Of a DNA stretch of 36,393 bases, positions 1 to 6,949 are shown in pieces. Numbering within the stretch: position 1 is the first letter of the stretch; every line of letters begins with the position of its first letter. The position numbers were made by a program, and so were the translations under genes. The DNA lies in NCBI GenBank assembly GCA_027066935.1, contig JAMOMX010000274.1, positions 1 to 36,393 of the forward strand, read 5' to 3'. This stretch comes from Sulfurimonas sp. GTDB lineage: Bacteria; Campylobacterota; Campylobacteria; Campylobacterales; Sulfurimonadaceae. Under the pieces are notes generated by a model, which had not been told where the DNA came from, made no database searches, and worked only from the letters and a program-made list of their open reading frames with translations.

Positions 1-1
1 T

Positions 2-97
2 CAAAATGTTGTCAAGGATAATAAAGATTTACTTCAGATTATCGCTGTGCTCAGTGCTTATACTCAAAAAGAGTTAGGTTTTATGTGCGAAAGTTGA
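2..97 (+). CDS. 3' end of a gene entering from the left edge (..QNVVKDNKDLLQIIAVLSAYTQKELGFMCES*), function unknown
   Basis: Open frame from base 2 to TGA at 95-97; too short to assign a family. Confidence 0.5.
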   Translation, partial: QNVVKDNKDLLQIIAVLSAYTQKELGFMCES

Positions 98-180
98 GTT
101 AAATATATAAAATTATTGATAATTTTTAATACTGCAATACAAACTATAACAATTATAATTTCCAATATAGAATTATTCAC
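64..180 (-). pseudogene. Probable truncated ORF of a second gene cassette (38 aa, MNNSILEIIIVIVCIAVLKIINNFIYLTQLSHIKPNSF)
   Basis: On the minus strand the attC core GTTAGAT is followed by GAGGA (RBS-like) and GTG at 180; hydrophobic N-terminus; runs into the convergent gene end with no second attC in the window. Confidence 0.4.
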
Positions 181-197
181 TTTTTATCCTCATATAT

Positions 198-267
198 ATC
201 TAACGTTTGTCGTGAGCGATAATTTTTCCGTTAGGGTAAATTATTGCGTTCCACGAATTTGTTATGT
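198..267 (-). mobile_element. attC (59-be) integron cassette recombination site, 70 bp
   Basis: Minus strand reads ACATAAC-AAATT-CGTGGAAC...GCTCACG-ACAAAC-GTTAGAT: R'', 5-nt spacer, L'' with an extra base, imperfect central stem (ATAATTT/AAATTAT), L', 6-nt spacer, R' GTTRRRY; starts 2 nt after the stop codon of 270..623. Confidence 0.85.
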
Positions 268-662
268 AGTTAAAATAATTTGCTGAATATCATATCAATA
301 AAATTTGGATTAGTAAGCAAAATATTTATTAGCCATAAAATGGAAATTACTAACAATATCGCTTTTATAACAACTACAACTTTTGCTAATATTTTCCATA
401 CTTTTTTACCTTCATAATTTGTTGAACTATTCCATGTCGCAACTATTATGAGGAAGTCATAAATAATTGAACTTAATAAAACTAAGAAAATAACTATTAA
501 ATTCTTTTCTATTCCATCATTTTTGAAATTATAAATTAAAGTTTCAAAAAACAAATGACCTCCGATAAGAAAAATCCAGAATGTAATTGAAAGTCTAATG
601 TTCCCTAATAAGAAATATTTCATTTTTGTCCATTATTTTATTTAAGTTGCTTTGTTACATAA
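204..662 (-). mobile_element. Complete integron-type gene cassette (459 bp), no integrase in window
   Basis: 5' junction G|TTATGT (663-657) is the exact complement of the cassette's own R'' ACATAAC (267-261), as expected for a cassette integrated from a circle; single ORF with short leader. Confidence 0.8.
270..623 (-). CDS. Small integral membrane protein (about 3 TM segments), cassette-borne, unknown function
   Basis: 117-aa ORF with hydrophobic stretches; bounded by cassette core sites. Confidence 0.8.
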   Translation of the reverse strand: MKYFLLGNIRLSITFWIFLIGGHLFFETLIYNFKNDGIEKNLIVIFLVLLSSIIYDFLIIVATWNSSTNYEGKKVWKILAKVVVVIKAILLVISILWLINILLTNPNFIDMIFSKLF

Positions 663-724
663 CGGGGGCGCGGGTGTTCAACCCGCGCCCCCGTTGCCTC
701 GGTAAGCGAAGCGTCCGAGGCAAC
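661..724. repeat. GC-rich double hairpin at the cassette 5' junction
   Basis: Perfect 15-bp inverted repeat 661-675/681-695 (AACGGGGGCGCGGGT / ACCCGCGCCCCCGTT) and perfect 10-bp inverted repeat 693-702/715-724 (GTTGCCTCGG / CCGAGGCAAC) sharing GTT at 693-695. Confidence 0.95.
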
Positions 725-739
725 TCTTTATTCAAACAC

Positions 740-745
740 ATTATA
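740..745 (-). promoter_or_regulatory. Candidate sigma70 -10 box pointing toward the hairpins and cassette
   Basis: TATAAT on the minus strand at 745-740; AT-rich background makes chance occurrence possible. Confidence 0.4.
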
Positions 746-757
746 TACAGAGCAACC

Positions 758-919
758 TTAAATATCAAAAATAACACACACTGATAATGTGTGTTAAATA
801 TCAAGAATTTATTAATAATATGACAAAATGACATATTATTGTGTTTTTATTTAAAAAAAGCTTATTATTCTTAAAGATTTAGTGTGTGTTAATTTGAAAA
901 TACTTTATATAACACACAC
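758..919. repeat. Cluster of four TAACACACA motifs plus an 11-bp direct repeat
   Basis: TAACACACA at 772-780 and 910-918, its complement TGTGTGTTA at 788-796 and 883-891; TTAAATATCAA at 758-768 and 794-804. Confidence 0.8.
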
Positions 920-939
920 AATGTTACTTAAGGTAGGTA

Positions 940-1614
940 TTACTTCAAGAGGATATATTCTCTCATATACTCCTCTGCTATTGCCCAGTCTATTTGTTCA
1001 TCAATATCAATCATATTATAATCTTGCATCTCATAAAAACATATATCGCCACTTAGACGATTTTTATCTCTTAAAATATTTGAAACACTATTTATATAAA
1101 ATGCTCCATTTTCAAGCAATATACCTTTAAAGTCTTGTCTTCTTGGACGGTTTTTATAGTCATAATTTATTGGCTTTTCATCATCCCCCCAAAAAAATCT
1201 TTTTTCCCTAACAACACTGAGAAGTGAATCTTTACCTAACTCTTTTAACTTTTTTATAGCTTTATCAAAATCATCACTTGTAGTTGTTGGCGATGTAGCT
1301 TGAGTAAGCATAAAAAAGTCATCATCTTTGAAGCTATTTTTATTTAAAAACTCTAACATCACAGCTTCTGTTGAGGATTTATCTTGAGCATTTTCTTTAT
1401 CACGAATATATATAGTTACTTTAGAGAAGTTAAACCCCTCAACCACCTCAACTATCTCACTACAGTCCGTTGCTACATACACTACATCAACGCTAGTCGC
1501 ATTTTCCAAAGATAACAAACTCCAATATATAAGTGGTTTTCCACAAAAAAGTTTTATATTTTTAAACCTGATAGCTTTACTTCCGCATCTCGCTGGAACA
1601 AATGCAATATTCAT
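940..1614 (-). CDS. neuA: Acylneuraminate (CMP-nonulosonate) cytidylyltransferase, NeuA/CMAS family
   Basis: PARCGSKAIRFKN nucleotide-binding motif, VATD, QATSP, RPRRQD and ENGAFY motifs. Confidence 0.9.
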   Translation of the reverse strand: MNIAFVPARCGSKAIRFKNIKLFCGKPLIYWSLLSLENATSVDVVYVATDCSEIVEVVEGFNFSKVTIYIRDKENAQDKSSTEAVMLEFLNKNSFKDDDFFMLTQATSPTTTSDDFDKAIKKLKELGKDSLLSVVREKRFFWGDDEKPINYDYKNRPRRQDFKGILLENGAFYINSVSNILRDKNRLSGDICFYEMQDYNMIDIDEQIDWAIAEEYMREYILLK

Positions 1615-2466
1615 CTATAAACAACCTTTTGATATTTGTGCGATAATAGTATCTGTTTTGCCTATAGCCGACAAAGAAGATTCATAAGCACTGTTTAAAC
1701 TATCTGAATCTAAAAAAGCACCCCATTGCTGATGTCCAGCAGGTTTACCTTTACTTAACCAATGAAGATGATTGGATAATGGATACCTTTGAGTATGTTT
1801 AATAAAATCTACTTTAAGATTACATTGGCTAACTAATTCATTTAATGTTTTAGCATTAAATAAAAAAAGATGACAGCTCCAGTATGTAAACTCTGAAAAA
1901 GCCTTATTTTCATATAGGGTCAAAAGAGCATCTTCTGAGTTAGGTACTTCTACAATTATTTTCCCACCATCTTTTAATCTGTTTGAGAGTTGAATCAACA
2001 TATCCTTAGGATCACTTAGATGCTCTAAAACATGAAACATTGTTATGATATCAAACTCTTTTTTAATATCTTTTATATCAGTATATAGCTCTATCTCATA
2101 CTCTTCATATTGTTGTGATATCGATTTTTGTAACTCTATTGCTGAGATAGTTTTTGCACTTGTTTTTATATAGTTTAGATATCCACCATTGCCACTTCCA
2201 AAATCTAAAACATCTTTATTTACAATTATATCTTTTGTGAACTCAAAACGTCTTTTATCATCCGCATCTGTTTCTCTATTCCATTTTTGCAAATCAAAAG
2301 TTGCATGCATCTTTGAGTCTTCATAAAAATTATCTTCAACATGGGAAAAATCAGATAGATAAACTAAAGAACAATTCAAACATTCTAAAACTTTTAATTC
2401 TTTTTTATCTCTAACTTCTCCATCTCTATATTTAAATTTATCACTACCACAAAGATAACAACTCAT
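1615..2466 (-). CDS. Class I SAM-dependent methyltransferase with N-terminal Cys-pair (zinc-ribbon-like) region
   Basis: CYLC...CLNC, VLDFGSGNG motif I, FDIITMFHVLEH, IIVEVPN. Confidence 0.9.
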   Translation of the reverse strand: MSCYLCGSDKFKYRDGEVRDKKELKVLECLNCSLVYLSDFSHVEDNFYEDSKMHATFDLQKWNRETDADDKRRFEFTKDIIVNKDVLDFGSGNGGYLNYIKTSAKTISAIELQKSISQQYEEYEIELYTDIKDIKKEFDIITMFHVLEHLSDPKDMLIQLSNRLKDGGKIIVEVPNSEDALLTLYENKAFSEFTYWSCHLFLFNAKTLNELVSQCNLKVDFIKHTQRYPLSNHLHWLSKGKPAGHQQWGAFLDSDSLNSAYESSLSAIGKTDTIIAQISKGCL

Positions 2467-2488
2467 AATTTTATATCCTCACTTTGTT

Positions 2489-2497
2489 ATTATACTC
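2489..2497 (-). promoter_or_regulatory. Candidate internal sigma70 promoter for methyltransferase-neuA
   Basis: GAGTATAAT (gnTATAAT) upstream of GAGGA RBS and ATG at 2466. Confidence 0.5.
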
Positions 2498-2503
2498 AGG
2501 CAC

Positions 2504-4411
2504 TTAGAGCTTAGATGAATATTTTTCTAAAAGCTTCATGCACTCATAAGTGCCAGCACCTTCATGTAGATGTCCGCTCCAAATCTCACTAACCCAAGAA
2601 AACTTATACCCATTCATAGCCTCAAAAAGAGAATCAAAATCCATACATCCCTCCCCTATTTGTACACCCTCGCCATTTGTTCCATATGCATCTGATATAT
2701 GTAGATGACTTACAAAAGGCATTATCTCTTTTGTGTATTCGTTTATATCTATATTGAACAAGTTGCAGTAAAGTTGAGCATGGCATAGGTCATATGTCAT
2801 TCCCAGTTTAAAATGATTGCAAAACTGTTTCATATCGCTTGAAGACATAAAGGCATGTTGAAACCACTCTCCACCTAAGTACCAAGGTCTAGGGGGTAGG
2901 TTTTCTGGAACTACATCTATTTCATCACTATCATAATCCAGTTTTGCAAAGTTTTTAATCGCAATTTCAATAAGATTATAGGTATCCTTTACCTCCCTAT
3001 CGTTTAAAAACATCCCACCTAAATGCATCACAACTTTTGGTTTATGTTCTGGAAAATATTTATGCATATTTTTTGTCATATCTAATGTTTTTTGCAATAT
3101 ATCTAACGATTCTTTAACTCGCAAATCATCTAAAGAGCATATATCTACTAACTTTCTATCAAACATTTCAGGTGCATGAACAATAAGTTGTGACGCTGAT
3201 ATCTTTGTAGGTTTAAAATCTATTGTTAAATCTGTTTGAGAACAATGAAACTCTACTACAGGGGAGTTCAATATTTTATATTTTTCATAATCATGCAAAC
3301 GACACTTTACACCCCAATATTGTGAAAAATCAAATTTTTTCCAATCTTTAATTTTAATTGTATCTTGAAAATCTGTAACATTGATATAGTGATCTTTTTC
3401 AACATCATTTTTAAGAACTTTTCCAAAATATTTATATATTTGATGTGCAAATATACCTTTTCCAGGCGACTTAAACACTATATCACTTTTTATTAGCACA
3501 TGCCCTTTTGCCAAATCCCTTTTTGGTACAGCAGACTTTGCAAAAGCTTCTTTGTTTAACATTTCAGCTTGATTTACACTCTTTTTATCACCTAAAGCAC
3601 TCTCAAGCAATCGAATATTTTCAACCATCTCTTTAAATTCATCTGGTGTCATAGACGCTTTATGGTCAGGCCCATCTAATGTTTTATCAAATGTGATATG
3701 TTTTTCTATTATTTTATATCCCATAGCTACAGATGCAACAGGTATAAATATACCCCTTTCATGTCCAGAGTAACCAACAATATCACTCTTTGAAAGCTCT
3801 TTTAATCTATCAAAATATTTTAAATTTAAATTTTCATAAGGGGCAGGGTATGTTGATTGTGCCAGTAAAAATGCGTAGTTGATATTTTCTTTATTATAAA
3901 ACTCTGCACAAGCTTTAATATCTTCATCACTCCACATACCAGTTGAGATCAACAATGGCACACCATATTTACTACACTCTTGTACTAAATCAATATTTGT
4001 CATATCGGCAGAAGAGATTTTAAATGCACTAACACCTAGCTCACCAACAAATTTTGCAGAGTTGTTATCAAAAGGGGTAATTATTAAATCTACCTGTTTT
4101 TTATCACAATACTCTCTTATTTTTTTATATTCATCATTTGAGAGTTCTACCTCTTTTAATAGTGGAATGAGGTACTCAAAATTCCACTCCTGAGAGTTAA
4201 AATCATCTAATACATTTTTTGTATATATTGCGTTTAAGTCTCTTTTTTGAAATTTAACAGCATCAACTTTAGCTTCAATACTGGCGTCTATTAACTTGAT
4301 AGCTTCATCGAAATTTCCATTATGATTTATACCAATCTCAGCTATTATATAGCTGCTTACATCTTTTAGGTCAAATATGTCATTTAGCTTTTTAGTGTTG
4401 TAAAAACTCAT
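2504..4411 (-). CDS. neuB: NeuB-family nonulosonate synthase (NeuB + SAF domain) fused to a C-terminal xylose-isomerase-like TIM barrel
   Basis: IIAEIGINHNG, AVKFQKR, GYSGHE, IEKHITFD..GPDH, KSPGKGI (SAF); C-terminal domain with HAPE, ENLPP, TYDLCHA, HLHISDA, SEIW. Confidence 0.9.
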   Translation of the reverse strand: MSFYNTKKLNDIFDLKDVSSYIIAEIGINHNGNFDEAIKLIDASIEAKVDAVKFQKRDLNAIYTKNVLDDFNSQEWNFEYLIPLLKEVELSNDEYKKIREYCDKKQVDLIITPFDNNSAKFVGELGVSAFKISSADMTNIDLVQECSKYGVPLLISTGMWSDEDIKACAEFYNKENINYAFLLAQSTYPAPYENLNLKYFDRLKELSKSDIVGYSGHERGIFIPVASVAMGYKIIEKHITFDKTLDGPDHKASMTPDEFKEMVENIRLLESALGDKKSVNQAEMLNKEAFAKSAVPKRDLAKGHVLIKSDIVFKSPGKGIFAHQIYKYFGKVLKNDVEKDHYINVTDFQDTIKIKDWKKFDFSQYWGVKCRLHDYEKYKILNSPVVEFHCSQTDLTIDFKPTKISASQLIVHAPEMFDRKLVDICSLDDLRVKESLDILQKTLDMTKNMHKYFPEHKPKVVMHLGGMFLNDREVKDTYNLIEIAIKNFAKLDYDSDEIDVVPENLPPRPWYLGGEWFQHAFMSSSDMKQFCNHFKLGMTYDLCHAQLYCNLFNIDINEYTKEIMPFVSHLHISDAYGTNGEGVQIGEGCMDFDSLFEAMNGYKFSWVSEIWSGHLHEGAGTYECMKLLEKYSSKL

Positions 4412-4448
4412 CTAATTAAATTCTTTTTATTATTCATAATAATAATTT

Positions 4449-4464
4449 AGCAATTTTCATGCCA
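4449..4464 (-). promoter_or_regulatory. Sigma54 (-24/-12) promoter for the neuB operon
   Basis: Minus strand TGGCATGAAAATTGCT = GG-N10-GC, 38 nt upstream of the neuB start. Confidence 0.8.
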
Positions 4465-4479
4465 TAAAAAAGTTTTATT

Positions 4480-4488
4480 TGGTATAAT
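4480..4488 (+). promoter_or_regulatory. Extended -10 sigma70 promoter for maf
   Basis: TGGTATAAT followed by AGGAG RBS and ATG at 4504. Confidence 0.7.
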
Positions 4489-4503
4489 AATTTAGGAGTT
4501 TTT

Positions 4504-6489
4504 ATGCAAAATATAGAAGATATCGCTGTCTCAAACTACCAAGCAAATATGGAATATTTTAGACTTAATCATAATGCACTCCACAATAAACTTGTAGCAC
4601 TAGATACACTTCTTGGAGATGGAAGGTACTCTCAAAAATATGATTTAGAATACAAAGAGAACTATTTTGATGTTATTGAACTCAAAACGGGTGCTTTTCT
4701 TTATAATCAAAATTCAGAGATATTTTCAAATGAACTTACATCACAAATAAATTTTAAAAAAAGTGATCAAATATTTAATAGCTTTTACAATATAACATTT
4801 ACCAAAAAAGCTCTCCAAAAACTTGAAAAAGAAGATGCTTTATCAACTTATGCTACTACAGCACCAATTATGCACTATCATGATTCAAATGTTAACAGCT
4901 CTATGCATGTTAAAGAGATACACAAGTTTATATTTTTAGGTTTAGGGTTAGCATTACATCTACCAAAAATCATAAAAAAAACTGGTGCAAATCTTGTGTT
5001 AATAGTTGAAGATGATATTGAACTTTTTAGGTTATCACTTTTTACATGTAACTATAAAGAAGCATTAGAGGGTCGGTTGGGGTTTTTTGCTATTGCTCAA
5101 GATTCTATTGAATTTACAAATACATTTCAAACATTTTACTCAAACACATTTATACGAAACTATAGTTTAAAGTTTTCTCTATTCTCATCGTTACATGAAG
5201 AAAAAATTAAAAAAATTCAAACTTTATTAGTCTCTCGTACTGAAACCAGCTACCCAGTTGAGTATCTTTTATATAAAAACTTAACTGTATTATCCAAATT
5301 GCAAAAAGAATTCAAATTTTTAGAACTAACTAAAAAATATAAAGAGACTTTTTTTGAAGATAAGCCAATGCTCATTATTGGGGCAGGTCCATCACTTCAT
5401 GCTAACATAGAGTGGTTAAAAGAAAATGGAGATAAATTTATTATTATTGCTGTATTTGCCGCGCTTAAAACACTTTATAAGTCTAACATTATGCCAGATA
5501 TAGTGGTTCAAATAGATGAAAAAGTAACAGAGACAGTAAACCTTATAAATTCGTTTGATAATTTTGATTTTTTAACCAATAGTATCTTTATTTTTAGTGC
5601 CTCCGTACCAGATATTCTTTTTGAGACATTCCCAAAAGATAGAATCTATCTAATTGAGGATAGAACTAAGTATAAACTTGCAAACACTAGGTTAGAGTCT
5701 GCTAGTGTTGGAGAGACTGCCTACGCAATCTCTTTGATTTTTAATGCTTCGCAACTTTATCTTCTTGGTTTAGATTTTGCTCTATCTGAAGATGGAACTA
5801 CCCACGCAAAAGACCACCACGGTGCAACTTCTTTAGACACCTCAAATGTAGATGAAGTTCAAAAAAGTGTCTCTATTTCAGAAACAATTTTACATGTAAA
5901 AGGTAATTTTGTAGATAGCGTAACCACAACTCCTCTACTTTCATCATCGATACCAGTACTAAATCGTTATACCAAAAACTTAAAGTCTGAGAGTCAGGTA
6001 GTTTACAACCTAGGAAATGGTGCGTATTTAGAACAAACAATACCACTAAATATATCTGACATGCAACTAGAGTTTAAGATAGATAAAAAAGAGATAACCT
6101 GTGCATTAACAAATCTTTTTAATAGATACTCCCTAAAAGAACTCTCAACACAAGAGATGCAAGAACTTAATAAAAAATGGATGCAGATAAAAGAGTTTCA
6201 TAGATTAATAGATGATTTTCAACAAAATACATCTTCAAATAAAGATATATTGTTACAAAACTATTCATCTATGATGCAAAATATACTTAACTCTTTTGAG
6301 AGTGAACTTAAAGAAATTTTAACTGTTTATTTTTTAGCTATAGCTCCTTATGTAATAGATCTTTTTAATACAAAAGAGTTAAGCAATCTTAAAAAACATA
6401 CAAAAAAGATGAAAAGTATTATAGTTGTTCAAATAAAAAGGTTGATGCAACTATATGAAAAAGAGCTTCAAAGTATTGTAGAAAATTAG
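4504..6489 (+). CDS. maf: Motility-associated factor (Maf, DUF115) flagellin glycosyltransferase
   Basis: FIFLGLGLALHL, IVEDDIELF, IIGAGPSL, PDIVVQID, YLLGLDFA motifs; 661 aa; adjacent to nonulosonate genes. Confidence 0.85.
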   Translation: MQNIEDIAVSNYQANMEYFRLNHNALHNKLVALDTLLGDGRYSQKYDLEYKENYFDVIELKTGAFLYNQNSEIFSNELTSQINFKKSDQIFNSFYNITFTKKALQKLEKEDALSTYATTAPIMHYHDSNVNSSMHVKEIHKFIFLGLGLALHLPKIIKKTGANLVLIVEDDIELFRLSLFTCNYKEALEGRLGFFAIAQDSIEFTNTFQTFYSNTFIRNYSLKFSLFSSLHEEKIKKIQTLLVSRTETSYPVEYLLYKNLTVLSKLQKEFKFLELTKKYKETFFEDKPMLIIGAGPSLHANIEWLKENGDKFIIIAVFAALKTLYKSNIMPDIVVQIDEKVTETVNLINSFDNFDFLTNSIFIFSASVPDILFETFPKDRIYLIEDRTKYKLANTRLESASVGETAYAISLIFNASQLYLLGLDFALSEDGTTHAKDHHGATSLDTSNVDEVQKSVSISETILHVKGNFVDSVTTTPLLSSSIPVLNRYTKNLKSESQVVYNLGNGAYLEQTIPLNISDMQLEFKIDKKEITCALTNLFNRYSLKELSTQEMQELNKKWMQIKEFHRLIDDFQQNTSSNKDILLQNYSSMMQNILNSFESELKEILTVYFLAIAPYVIDLFNTKELSNLKKHTKKMKSIIVVQIKRLMQLYEKELQSIVEN

Positions 6490-6494
6490 TATAA

Positions 6495-6508
6495 TTGACA
6501 CATATCAA
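6495..6508 (+). promoter_or_regulatory. Crp/Fnr-family (Fnr/Dnr/Nss-type) binding box
   Basis: TTGACACATATCAA = TTGA-N6-TCAA, one mismatch from TTGAT-N4-ATCAA; -10-like TATAAT/TACAAT at 6521-6531. Confidence 0.7.
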
Positions 6509-6547
6509 TGAAATAAAATGTATAATACAATAATATACATACAACTA

Positions 6548-6583
6548 TAAGTAAGTGGGCATATATTTATGCCCACTTACTTA
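6548..6583. repeat. Perfect 16-bp inverted repeat in the operon leader
   Basis: TAAGTAAGTGGGCATA-TATT-TATGCCCACTTACTTA. Confidence 0.9.
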
Positions 6584-6598
6584 ACACTAAGGATTAAA

Positions 6599-6943
6599 AT
6601 GAGTTCAATACCACAAGATGCACAAAAAATTACGGCTATGGGAGCTACAGTTGATTTCTTTAAAACTATAGAAGATGGTTTAAGTACATATTATTTTGAT
6701 ACAAGTAAATCTGGACCACCAGCACCAATGGTAAACGCAATGGCGGGGCTTCAACTTTTAGATGAAAATTCTAAATTAGTGATGATAAATCATAAAAAAC
6801 CAGGTGGGCTATTTCCAAAAATTGAAGCTGACTTTAACTATGATGTAGAAGATTTGGCAGATGGCAATGTAAAAGTTGTTTTTACTAAAAAGTCTGATGC
6901 AACAGGGAGTACAAACTACAGCGACAATAAGTGTAGTGGATAA
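6599..6943 (+). CDS. DUF2249/TusA-like small protein
   Basis: FDTSKSGPPAPMVNAM and LVMINHKKPGGLFPKI resemble the DUF2249 D-x4-5-PPxPM...H..P..LF pattern; start moved to ATG 6599 because AAGGA RBS precedes it and ATG 6569 lies inside the hairpin. Confidence 0.65.
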   Translation: MSSIPQDAQKITAMGATVDFFKTIEDGLSTYYFDTSKSGPPAPMVNAMAGLQLLDENSKLVMINHKKPGGLFPKIEADFNYDVEDLADGNVKVVFTKKSDATGSTNYSDNKCSG

Positions 6944-6949
6944 TTAATA

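Noticed and set aside
661-724. Group II intron domain V/VI, tRNA fragment or CRISPR repeat
   Set aside because: No catalytic-triad domain V pattern, no cloverleaf, no repeat-spacer periodicity
657-799. Possible long attC from ATTTAAC (799-793, minus) to GTTATGT (663-657)
   Set aside because: End boxes fit the consensus but the inner arms do not pair, so there is no L box
924-949. TTACTTAAG / TTACTTCAAG near-repeat at the neuA stop as a target-site duplication
   Set aside because: Short, imperfect and AT-rich; no matching element end identified
882-1130. 82-aa plus-strand ORF
   Set aside because: Antisense to neuA, starts within the repeat motif, no RBS or recognisable domain
6569-6598. Longer start for the DUF2249-like gene
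   Set aside because: ATG is buried in the hairpin and lacks an RBS; ATG 6599 has AAGGA
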